NCBI GenBank assembly: GCA_024236075.1
Contig: JACKLE010000007.1
Location: forward strand, 2,235-66,234
DNA: 64,000 nt
From: Alphaproteobacteria bacterium
GTDB taxonomy: Bacteria; Pseudomonadota; Alphaproteobacteria; JACAEB01
Direction of reading: 5' to 3'
Within the stretch, counting starts at the first letter, position 1. Every line of letters starts with the position of its first letter. The notes beneath the pieces were generated by a model. That model worked only from the letters and a program-made list of their open reading frames with translations, searched no databases and was not told the DNA's origin. The position numbers were made by a program, and so were the translations under genes. Below are positions 1-7,741 of the stretch, one piece after another.

Positions 1-863
1 AAGGTCTTGAGGATCTGGTCGGTCTCCTCGAGCGCACGCTCGAGCGCGCTCGCATGGTCGGCGCGGCCCGCCGGCGCGATCAGCGCGCCCTCGATCCGGT
101 TCCGCAGGCGCGTGAGCGGCGTCTTGAGGTCGTGCGCGATGTTGTCGGCGACCTCCCGCATGCCCATCATCAGGCGCTCGATCTGGTCGAGCATGGCGTT
201 GAGATTGTCCGCAAGCTGATCGATCTCGTCGCCGGCGCCCTTGAGGCGCACGCGCTGGGTGAGGTCGCCGGCGATGATGTTGCGGCTCGTGCGCGTGATT
301 GCTTCGAGGCGCTGCATCATGCGCCGGCTGGTGACGACGCCGCCGAACATGCCGAGGCCGATGGTGGCGGCGAGCGCCGCGGCGAGCGCGTTGAGGATGA
401 GGCGCTGCACCTGGCGCATCTGCGAGACGTCGCGCCCGACGAGAAGCTGCACGCCGCCCGAGAGGAGAAAATACTCGCCGCGCGCCGGACGCTTTCCCTG
501 CACGCCGCGCTGGCGGTAGTTGAAGGTGAGGCGGCCGTGCGGGTCGGAGCGCGTGACCGGCCAGCTCTTGAGATTGCCGGCGAGGGCCGAGCCGTCCGAG
601 CGCGCGAGCATGTAGAGCGCGCCGTCGCCGCGATTGGCGCGCGCGGTCACCACCTCGATGAGGCCGGCGAGCTGCCGGCCGCGGTAGATCTCCTCGAGCC
701 CCACCACCTCCGCGGAGAGAATCTCGTCGACCTGGCGCTCGAGGAGCGTCGCGGTCGACCAGTAGATGAAGCCGAGAACGGGAAGGACGGCGACGAGGAA
801 GAGAAGGAGATAGATGACGGCGAGGCGGAAGGTGGTGGTGCGAAAGAGCCTAAGAAACTGCAC
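1..863 (-). CDS. Sensor histidine kinase, N-terminal part (TM, HAMP and H-box); the 3' end runs off the window
   Basis: My minus-strand translation from GTG at 863 reads VQFLRLFRTTTFRLAVIYLLLF...RRMMQRLEAITRTSRNIIAGDLTQRV...MREVADNIAHDLKTPLTRLRNRIE (HAMP followed by an HDLKTPL H-box). It overlaps the stop of the upstream response regulator, a typical RR-HK operon arrangement. Confidence 0.8.
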   Translation of the reverse strand, partial: MQFLRLFRTTTFRLAVIYLLLFLVAVLPVLGFIYWSTATLLERQVDEILSAEVVGLEEIYRGRQLAGLIEVVTARANRGDGALYMLARSDGSALAGNLKSWPVTRSDPHGRLTFNYRQRGVQGKRPARGEYFLLSGGVQLLVGRDVSQMRQVQRLILNALAAALAATIGLGMFGGVVTSRRMMQRLEAITRTSRNIIAGDLTQRVRLKGAGDEIDQLADNLNAMLDQIERLMMGMREVADNIAHDLKTPLTRLRNRIEGALIAPAGRADHASALERALEETDQILKT

Positions 864-1527
864 GTATGGTGTACCCGGCGCCTCGGACCGTGTGCAGGAG
901 CTGCGTGGGGAAGGTCTTGTCGATCTTGGAGCGCAGCCGCGAGATGTGCACGTCGATCACGTTCGTCTGAGGATCGAAGTGATACTCCCAGACATTCTCC
1001 AGGAGCATGGTGCGCGTGACAACCTGGCCGGCATGCTTCATCAGATATTCGAGCAGGCGGAACTCGCGCGGCTGGAGGTCGATGTCGATCTCGCCGCGGC
1101 GGACCTTGCGGGCGAGCAGGTCCATGACGAGATCGCCGACCACGAGCTTGGTCTTGACCTGGTCGGGATTGCGCCGGCGCATCAGTGCGTCGATGCGCGC
1201 GAGAAGCTCGGAGAACGAATAGGGCTTGGGAAGATAGTCGTCGCCCCCTGCCCGGAGGCCGCGCACGCGGTCGTCGACGTCGCCGAGCGCGCTCAGGAAC
1301 AGGACCGGCGTCGTGTCCTTCTCCTCGCGCAGCGCCGAGACGAGCGAGAGCCCGTCGCGCAGCGGCAGCATGCGGTCGACGATGAGGCAGTCATAGGAGC
1401 CCGACAGCGCCATTTCGAGGCCGCGCGCGCCGTCGCCGGCATGGTCGACGACATGGCCGCATTCCTTCAGGCCCTTCACGAGATAGGCGGCGGCTTCCTC
1501 GTCGTCCTCCACCACCAGAATTCGCAT
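850..1527 (-). CDS. OmpR/PhoB-family response regulator (REC plus winged-helix DNA-binding domain)
   Basis: ORF 850..1599. An internal start gives MRILVVEDDEEAAAYL...DCLIVDRMLP...YLPKPYSFSELLARI...LQPREFRLLEYLM...VIDVHISRLRSKID...VRGAGYTI. Confidence 0.9.
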   Translation of the reverse strand: MRILVVEDDEEAAAYLVKGLKECGHVVDHAGDGARGLEMALSGSYDCLIVDRMLPLRDGLSLVSALREEKDTTPVLFLSALGDVDDRVRGLRAGGDDYLPKPYSFSELLARIDALMRRRNPDQVKTKLVVGDLVMDLLARKVRRGEIDIDLQPREFRLLEYLMKHAGQVVTRTMLLENVWEYHFDPQTNVIDVHISRLRSKIDKTFPTQLLHTVRGAGYTIRAVS

Positions 1528-1729
1528 CACGGCGCTCTCCTCGCCCGTTCCCCAATGCCGACGGAGGCCCATGCCGACAGAATCCTGCGCTTCGTGCATA
1601 GGCCGCCTTTCCTGAAGCTAAATAGTCGACGGCGCGTGGGGTTGCGAGTTCGCGTAAAAATTGCGGCGCCAATATGATCACAATGCCCGCCGGCGCATGA
1701 ACGTCCGATGGACGGAATATGAATGAAAA

Positions 1730-2188
1730 TCAATTCCCGGCCGGGCGAGCGCCGCCCGTCTCCTGCCAGCGCCCGGCCTTTTTGAGGGCCGCCGCCACTT
1801 CCGGGGGCATGTATTTCTCGTCGTGGCGCGCGAGCACGGTGTCGGCGCGGAAGACCCCGTCCTCGCCGAGCCGGCCCTGCGCCACGACGCCCTGCCCCTC
1901 GCGGAAGAGATCGGGCAGCGCGCCGCTATAGGTCACGGGCAGGCTCTCGGCGAGGTCGGTGACGGTGAAGCGCACCTCGAGGCCGCCCGGGCGCTCGACG
2001 CTGCCCTGGGCCACGAGCCCGCCGATGCGAATGAGGCGGTCGGGGCCCACATGCCGGGCCGCGAGGTCGCTCGGACTGTAGAAGAAGGAGATGTTGTCGC
2101 GCAGGGCGAACAGCATGACGGCGGCGGCGAGGCCGACCGCGGCGAGGCTCGAGAGGATCAGGACGAGGCGGGCGCGTCTGCGCGTCAT
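1730..2188 (-). CDS. ccmE: Cytochrome c-type biogenesis heme chaperone CcmE
   Basis: 152 aa with an N-terminal membrane anchor and the motifs FFYSPSD, IRIGGLV and ARHDEKYMPPEV (heme-binding His region). Confidence 0.9.
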   Translation of the reverse strand: MTRRRARLVLILSSLAAVGLAAAVMLFALRDNISFFYSPSDLAARHVGPDRLIRIGGLVAQGSVERPGGLEVRFTVTDLAESLPVTYSGALPDLFREGQGVVAQGRLGEDGVFRADTVLARHDEKYMPPEVAAALKKAGRWQETGGARPAGN

Positions 2189-2189
2189 C

Positions 2190-2235
2190 TTGTTTGGGCC
2201 TGCTGGGGGCCGATTGTTTGGGCCTGCTGGGGGCC
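2190..2235. repeat. Perfect 22-bp direct repeat, two copies, 24-bp period
   Basis: TTGTTTGGGCCTGCTGGGGGCC occurs at 2190..2211 and again at 2214..2235, directly upstream of the ccmE start in the divergent intergenic region. Confidence 0.85.
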
Positions 2236-2352
2236 AAGCCGCATCCCGGCGGCGCCGGGCGCCCGGCCCGGAAGACGCCCGCCCGCCTTCCTGCTAGCAT
2301 GAGTTGCTGGCTCGTTCGACAGGCCAATCGCCGCATTCTCGGAGATTTCCCC

Positions 2353-2967
2353 GTGCTCAAGCTTTCCCCGGTCTCGCGCCTCGCGGGCGCGATCCTTGCC
2401 GTGGCCGCGCTGCTCGCCGCATGCGTGCCGACATCCGAGCATCCGATCCTCGTGCCGGGCGCCCCGACGGTCGACCCCGACATCCTCGGAACCTGGCGCG
2501 GCGAGGTCGGCGAGCAGGACAGCATCCTCATCTTCCTGGACTCGCGCGAGGAGGCCGACGCGGGCGGCATGACGCTGCTCCTCGCCGCGCCCGCGGCGCC
2601 GCACGAGGACAGCGATCCGGGCTGGATCTACGCGCTCGCGCTCGCCGCCAAGGTGGGGGATCAGCGCTATCTCAGCATCGAGTGGCGCAGCGACGGCGGG
2701 AAGGCGGTCGAGCCCGACATGCGCGGCTACCACCTCTATCGCTACGAGATCGAGGAGGATGGCGAGATGCATCTCTACGGCGCGAGCGAGGCCGAGCTCA
2801 CGGCCCTGCACGAGCAGGGCAAGCTCGAAGGCACCGTGTCCGGTTCCGGCGTCACCCGAGATCTGCGCATCACCGCCTCCTCGGAGACGCTGGTGAAGCT
2901 CCTCGGCGAGGTCGACCCCGAGGTCGTCTTCAGCGATCTCGCGGGCAAGCTCGCCCGCGTGAAGTGA
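2353..2967 (+). CDS. Hypothetical lipoprotein
   Basis: ORF 2194..2967. A GTG at 2353 gives VLKLSPVSRLAGAILAVAALLAAC (signal peptide plus LAAC lipobox). An alternative ATG lies at 2299. I recognise no family. Confidence 0.55.
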   Translation: MLKLSPVSRLAGAILAVAALLAACVPTSEHPILVPGAPTVDPDILGTWRGEVGEQDSILIFLDSREEADAGGMTLLLAAPAAPHEDSDPGWIYALALAAKVGDQRYLSIEWRSDGGKAVEPDMRGYHLYRYEIEEDGEMHLYGASEAELTALHEQGKLEGTVSGSGVTRDLRITASSETLVKLLGEVDPEVVFSDLAGKLARVK

Positions 2968-3103
2968 CGCGGACGTCCAGACTTAAGGGACCGCTAAGCG
3001 TCGCGCCCTAGCATGGCCGGGCCCTGCGCTCCTCCCGGCGCGCGGCCCTCAGCCAATGCGGGACCGGCCTCGCGCCGGCGCCGCGCCGAAGGATCTCCGG
3101 TCC

Positions 3104-4801
3104 ATGCGCCTGCCCCTCTCCCGCCGCGCCGTCCTGATGGGGCTCGCCGCCGGGCTCGCGCCGCGCTTCGCCCTCGCCGAGGCGCCCGGCGCTGCGGCGG
3201 CGGACGCGGCCTGGTGGGCGGTCGACCTCGCGGGCTATCTGCCGGGCGGCGCGAAGCGCGCCGTGCTTCACGCGGCGAGCGCGCCCGCGAGCGCCGACCT
3301 CGTGAGCCTCGTCGAGGCGGAGAGCGGCGCGCCGGCCGAGGCGGTTCCGAGCCTCGCCGCCCTCGAGGACCCCGTCACGGGCGCCGGCGCCACGGGCGTC
3401 GACTTCTCCTCCCTCGCCGCGCCGGGGCGCTACCGCCTGCGCTACGGCGACGCGCTCTCGCCCGTGTTCGCCGTCGGCCCCGCCTCCTATGACGCGACCG
3501 TCCGCGCGCTGCTGCGAAGCTTCTATCTCGAGCGCTGCGGCGCGGCGCTCAGCGACGCGGAGAACGATCTCTTCCGCCGCCCGTGCCATACGGACGATGC
3601 CGCGCTCGCCGACGAGGCGGGCGTGCGCCGCGACTGCCGCGGCGGCTGGCACGACGGCGCGAGCTACGCCAAGTCGACGGCCCTCGTCGCGGAGGCCACG
3701 CTGCGCCTTCTCGCGCTCGCCGACCTCCTGCCCCGGCTCGGCGCCAATGGCGCGCTCGCGCTGCCCGAGGCGTCGAAGGGCGAGCGCGACATATTGAGCG
3801 AGGCGCGCATCGGGCTCGCCTTCCTCATGCGTATGCAGTCCGAGGCGGGAGCGATGCACGGGGGGGTCGGCGCCGCGCCGCCCTCGCCGCCCGCCGCGCC
3901 GCAGGACGATTTCTCCGCACGCCGACTTTTGCCTCCCGACCGCGCGGCGACGCTCAAATCGGCCGCCGCGCTCGCCATGGGCCAGCGCGCCTTCGCGCCC
4001 GCCGACGAGCTTTTCGCGCGCGCCCTCGCCGACGCGGCCGAGCGGGCGAGGATGGCCCTCGAGCCCCTCGACCGCTCCGCGCTCGCGGGCGGCGAGACCG
4101 ACCGGATGATCGCCGACCTGGAGCTCTGGCGGTCGGGCCTCGGCGGGCTCGACGATGCCGCGGCGGCCGCGGCGCTCGCCGCCATTCCGACCGACGACCG
4201 CCTGGTGAGCTCGGCCCTGCCGCTGACGCTCGCCATGCTCGCGCGGGGAAGCGATGCGCGCGAGGCCGCCCTCGCCGCCCAGGCGCGCGCCAAGCTCGCC
4301 GCCGCCGTCGCCAATCTCGCTCCGTATGTGGATCTTTTTCTCGCGCCCGCATCGGCCGGCGCGAGCGCGCCGCTCGCGCGCGCGGTCGGCCTCGGGCTCC
4401 TCTTCGCCGCGGCCGCGCGGACCTTCTCGCGGCCGGAGCTGCGCGGGCCCGCCCAGCGCGTCGCCGACCACATGCTCGGGGCCAACGCCTTCGCCGTCTC
4501 GCTGGTGAGCACGGGCGGCGCGAAGCCCGAGATGGCCCACGCCGCCGCGCTCGGTAACGGCTTCGCCCTGCCGGGATTCCTCATGGGGGCGCTCGGCGAG
4601 GAGCATCGCGACTGGTATGTGGACGAGGCTTCGGGACGCGCGACCTTCCGCAGCCCGAGCGCCAATCCGGCGACGGCGCCCACGCTCGGCGCCAATGCCG
4701 CGCTCGCGGGCCTCCTCGCCATGCTGGGAGCCGACGAGCCGCGCAGCGAGGAGACGGCGCGCGCCTCAGCTTCCGACGGCCACGAGCCCCTTGCGCCGTA
4801 G
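3104..4801 (+). CDS. Glycoside hydrolase family 9-like protein with an N-terminal Ig-like (CelD_N) domain and a twin-arginine signal; catalytic motifs appear degenerate
   Basis: The N-terminus MRLPLSRRAVLMGLAAGLA is Tat-like. The segment DFSSLAAPGRYRLRYGDALSPVFAVGPASY...FYLERCG...CH...GGWHDGASYAK follows the GH9 pattern, where GGWYDAGDxxK is expected. Confidence 0.7.
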   Translation: MRLPLSRRAVLMGLAAGLAPRFALAEAPGAAAADAAWWAVDLAGYLPGGAKRAVLHAASAPASADLVSLVEAESGAPAEAVPSLAALEDPVTGAGATGVDFSSLAAPGRYRLRYGDALSPVFAVGPASYDATVRALLRSFYLERCGAALSDAENDLFRRPCHTDDAALADEAGVRRDCRGGWHDGASYAKSTALVAEATLRLLALADLLPRLGANGALALPEASKGERDILSEARIGLAFLMRMQSEAGAMHGGVGAAPPSPPAAPQDDFSARRLLPPDRAATLKSAAALAMGQRAFAPADELFARALADAAERARMALEPLDRSALAGGETDRMIADLELWRSGLGGLDDAAAAAALAAIPTDDRLVSSALPLTLAMLARGSDAREAALAAQARAKLAAAVANLAPYVDLFLAPASAGASAPLARAVGLGLLFAAAARTFSRPELRGPAQRVADHMLGANAFAVSLVSTGGAKPEMAHAAALGNGFALPGFLMGALGEEHRDWYVDEASGRATFRSPSANPATAPTLGANAALAGLLAMLGADEPRSEETARASASDGHEPLAP

Positions 4802-6163
4802 AAGCTCGGCCTCCGATTCGCCGGCGACATGGCGCGTGATGGCGATCGTGGCCTCGAGATAGGCGAGCGCGATCGGGCGCAGCTCCTCCTCCTCTTCCCG
4901 CAGCGCCTGCAGGATGGCGGGCGAATATTCCGCGAGCGAGGCGGTGACGGTGTCGAGCGCCTTCGACACCGCCGTGCCGAACGCCATGTCGGAGGCGATG
5001 CCGCGGCAGGCGACGAGGAGCGCGGCCAGGCTCTCGGCGCGCGCCGACCTCTCGGGATCGAGCGCGCGCGAAAGATCCGCGTGCCGCTCATGGCGCCGCT
5101 TGGGGTTGGGGGAGCGCTTGACCGACAGGACCGCTGCGACCTCGCGCGCCGCCTGGTCGATGAGGCGCTCCATCCGGCCGGCGAGGCGCGAGCGGATCTC
5201 GACGAGGCGCTGCCCCCAGGGCCCGTCGCGCCGAATGTCGATCTCGTGGGTGAGGCCCTGCGAGAGCCTCGCGAAGAGCTGGACCTTCTGCGAGATCTCG
5301 TCCGGGTCCATGCGGCTCGGATCGGTCTGCTCGATGTCGTGGGCGAGCGAGTCGAGATCGTGCAGCAGCATGTCCCCGACGATCCGAAGATCGGTCTGGG
5401 ACGCGAGATAGTCGTTGTGCTGGCGGACGATCTTCGCGACGACCCTGAGGATCTCCCAGGGATGCGCGAGGCGGCCGAGAACGATGAGGGGAACGTAGCA
5501 GGCCTGATCGGGATGGCTGGCGGTGACGGCCTCGAAGACGTCGCGCACATGGGCGGCGCATTCGTCGTCGAGCTGCTGCACGAGGCGCGGAAGGGCCATG
5601 CGCATCTCGGCGGTCTCGGCGGCGATGACGAGGCAGGCGGCGATGTCCTGCGCGTCCTCCAGGGCCTCCTTGCCGCCGAGCTTCGCGGCTATGCCGCTGA
5701 GCTCCTTGGGACCGGCGGCGAGGGCCTCGGACATGGCCGCGCCCGCCTCGCTCCACAGGGCGCCGCAGGCCTCGTCGATGGCCTCGGGCTCGCCCTTGCG
5801 CATCGCGCCGGCGAGATCGTCGGCGCGCGCGGCGACCGCGCCGGCGCGCAGCGCGCGCGCCCAGTCCCAGACCGGCTGAATGGAGCTTCGGGCGATGCGG
5901 CCCTTGAGCTTGCCGCGACCATGCGCCGCGACGAGCAGGTCCTCGAACGGCTCGCAGAAGAGTCGCAAGGGCGTCGGAACGCGCCGCCCATCCCCTTCGG
6001 CCGCGCGCAGAACGGGCCTCAAGCCCTCCAGAATGACGTCGTAGGGAAGCGAATTGCGGCCGGCCAGGCGGTCCATCTCCACGGCGGTCGCGAGCGGAAC
6101 GGCGATCGACGGCGGAAGCTGGCCCAGATAGGCCTTGAGCGCCTTTTCCTTGTCCTTGGTCAT
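4766..6163 (-). CDS. Hypothetical protein (about 465 aa), no recognisable domain
   Basis: Long ORF 4766..6292 with an internal start MTKDKEKALKAYLGQLPPS at 6163. Amino-acid composition is coding-like rather than Arg/Pro-rich shadow. Its 3' end overlaps the GH9-like gene convergently by 36 nt. Confidence 0.6.
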   Translation of the reverse strand: MTKDKEKALKAYLGQLPPSIAVPLATAVEMDRLAGRNSLPYDVILEGLRPVLRAAEGDGRRVPTPLRLFCEPFEDLLVAAHGRGKLKGRIARSSIQPVWDWARALRAGAVAARADDLAGAMRKGEPEAIDEACGALWSEAGAAMSEALAAGPKELSGIAAKLGGKEALEDAQDIAACLVIAAETAEMRMALPRLVQQLDDECAAHVRDVFEAVTASHPDQACYVPLIVLGRLAHPWEILRVVAKIVRQHNDYLASQTDLRIVGDMLLHDLDSLAHDIEQTDPSRMDPDEISQKVQLFARLSQGLTHEIDIRRDGPWGQRLVEIRSRLAGRMERLIDQAAREVAAVLSVKRSPNPKRRHERHADLSRALDPERSARAESLAALLVACRGIASDMAFGTAVSKALDTVTASLAEYSPAILQALREEEEELRPIALAYLEATIAITRHVAGESEAELLRRKGLVAVGS

Positions 6164-6471
6164 GCCGCTCTCTTCGCCGGCCGGGTGCGCCCCCCGGCAC
6201 GCATGGACTCCCAATCGAGGGGCCCAGCCTAGTCGTCGAAGATTTAATGCGGCGTTATCCAAGACGAGCTTTGCTCGCGCCCTGGGGAGCACTGACGGAA
6301 ATCCGCCGTGCAGCTTGGCGAGACCGCTCTCGCGCTTTATAAAGCAGCCAGTTGTCGGGGGTAGACTTCACGACGGGGTTGTCGACCGCCTGCTTCCGCC
6401 GGACGGACGGGCGGCTGAACCGGGCTCTAAGGCCCTCGAAGCGTCGAGGGGCGCGGGCGGGCCGGTGGAGG

Positions 6472-6981
6472 ATGCGGGTGAAACCTAGAGATTTCAGGGA
6501 CTGGCGCAAGACGCTGAAGCTGTCCCAGAAGGAAGCCGCGGACGCGCTCGGGCTGAAGCGCCGCGTGGTCCAATATTACGAGAAGGGCGAGAGGAACGGC
6601 GAGGAGGTGAAAATTCCTCGCACGGTTCAGCTCGCCTGCTGGGCCGTCTGGAAGGGCCACACCGGCAATTGGGACGGCCCCAGCCTCGCCGAGCACGGCA
6701 GCGAGGGCAACAAGAAGCGCAAGAAGAAGAAGGACGGCAAGAAGCGCGACAAGGAGCGCGATCTCCAGATCGCGATGGCCGCCAACGGCGCCGAGATGGC
6801 CGTGGCCGCCGAGGAGCCGGTCCGCAAGTCCAAGGTCAAGCACAAGGACAAGTCGGGCAAGAAGACGCGCGCCCCCGAGGAGGCCGTCCTCGACGGCGCG
6901 CGCCGGCGCAAGGCCCGCCAGGGAAGCGGACAGCTCAAGCGCCGCAAGGGCCAGGGCGGCGGCAAAGCCGCCGCCGAATAG
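6472..6981 (+). CDS. Helix-turn-helix (XRE-like) protein with a lysine-rich, disordered C-terminal tail
   Basis: MRVKPRDFRDWRKTLKLSQKEAADALGLKRRVVQYYEKGER (HTH), followed by NKKRKKKKDGKKRDKERD...KSKVKHKDKSGKKTR. Confidence 0.65.
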   Translation: MRVKPRDFRDWRKTLKLSQKEAADALGLKRRVVQYYEKGERNGEEVKIPRTVQLACWAVWKGHTGNWDGPSLAEHGSEGNKKRKKKKDGKKRDKERDLQIAMAANGAEMAVAAEEPVRKSKVKHKDKSGKKTRAPEEAVLDGARRRKARQGSGQLKRRKGQGGGKAAAE

Positions 6982-7059
6982 GGCCGAGCCGGCGGCAAGG
7001 CCGCCGCCGAATAAGGCCAAGCCGGCGGCAAGGCCGCCGCCGAATAGAGCGGAGCCGGC
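6955..7059. repeat. 33-bp tandem repeat, three copies plus a partial fourth, each containing a GC hairpin and an in-frame stop codon
   Basis: Unit GCCGGCGGCAAGGCCGCCGCCGAATARRGCSRA at 6955, 6988 and 7021. Copy 1 forms the last codons and stop of the 6472..6981 gene. Confidence 0.85.
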
Positions 7060-7082
7060 TCCGCACGCCGGGGGAAGGACGC

Positions 7083-7310
7083 TCAGGCGTCGCTTTGGGG
7101 CGCTTTGTCCTTCGCCCGCCCGATGTTGAGCGCGAGCATCTCGATCACGCGGTAGAGCCGGCCGACCCAGCGATCGTCCGCGGGCGTCGGCGTGAGCGCG
7201 GTGACGGCCGAGGCCGCCGTGACGACCGCGAAGGCGAGATTGAGCCAGGCCGGGGTCTGATCGAAGGGCGCAAGGACGAGGTTTGCGAAGGACTCCATCG
7301 CAGTCTCCAT
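7083..7310 (-). CDS. Small membrane protein, possible holin-like partner of the upstream SleB-like hydrolase
   Basis: 75 aa, METAMESFANLVLAPFDQTPAWLNLAFAVVTAASAVTAL..., with one hydrophobic helix and a charged tail. It lies 66 nt downstream of the hydrolase fragment on the same strand. Confidence 0.45.
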   Translation of the reverse strand: METAMESFANLVLAPFDQTPAWLNLAFAVVTAASAVTALTPTPADDRWVGRLYRVIEMLALNIGRAKDKAPQSDA

Positions 7311-7376
7311 GGTGAGGCCGCCGGCGCGAAGGCCGGCGGCGGGTTGAAGCGGAAAATTGGGGGACCGGCGCGCGCT

Positions 7377-7741
7377 CAGCCGCGCGGGTCGCCGCCCGCC
7401 AAAGCGAGGCTCCGGCCGCCCGGCATGCGATAGAAGCAGAGGCGCCCGAGGAGGGCCGTCGCCCGGCACGCATGGGCCCAGGCCGGCTCCTCGGCGTGCG
7501 GATGGTAGCGCGTCGCGCCGTGTGTCGGGTCGGCGAGGTCGCCCGACCAGACGCGGCAGGCGATGGCGACCGCGCGCGCGAAAGCCGGGTCGGCGAGATC
7601 GGGCCGCGGAAGGGCGCCCTCCCGCAGAATGCCCGCGCATGCCTCGCGCAGGCGCGCGATCGGGGGCTTGGCCGGCTCGACGGACAGGAGCTCGTCGAGC
7701 GCCCGATTGCGGATGGTCCAGGCGACGGCGACCTGGCAGAG
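7377..7741 (-). pseudogene. C-terminal fragment of a SleB-family cell-wall hydrolase, 5'-truncated by IS insertion
   Basis: My minus-strand translation reads LCQVAVAWTIRNRALDEL...ADPTHGATRYHPHAEEPAWAHACRATALLGRLCFYRMPG...*, ending at stop 7377..7379. The reading frame runs directly into the IS3 left end at 7742, with no start codon or N-terminal part. Confidence 0.7.

Noticed and set aside
3008-4606. Very long ORFs antisense to, or out of frame with, real genes. Examples: 3008..4606 (-), 3664..5550 (-), 6427..8247 (-), the N-terminal extension of 15366..18038 (-), the N-terminal two-thirds of 21578..23905 (+), 33240..35396 (+), 35204..37423 (+), 47667..49823 (+), 50952..54131 (+), 57270..59075 (+) and 58462..60510 (+).
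   Set aside because: They are extremely Arg/Ala/Gly/Pro-rich with no recognisable motifs, and each overlaps a gene with clear family signatures on the other strand or frame. These are the typical stop-codon-poor shadow ORFs of roughly 70 percent GC DNA.
6955-7059. Possible CRISPR array (regular short GC-rich repeats).
   Set aside because: The units are directly tandem with no spacers, there are only three copies, and no cas genes are nearby. It is a simple tandem repeat. No CRISPR-like array is seen anywhere in the window.
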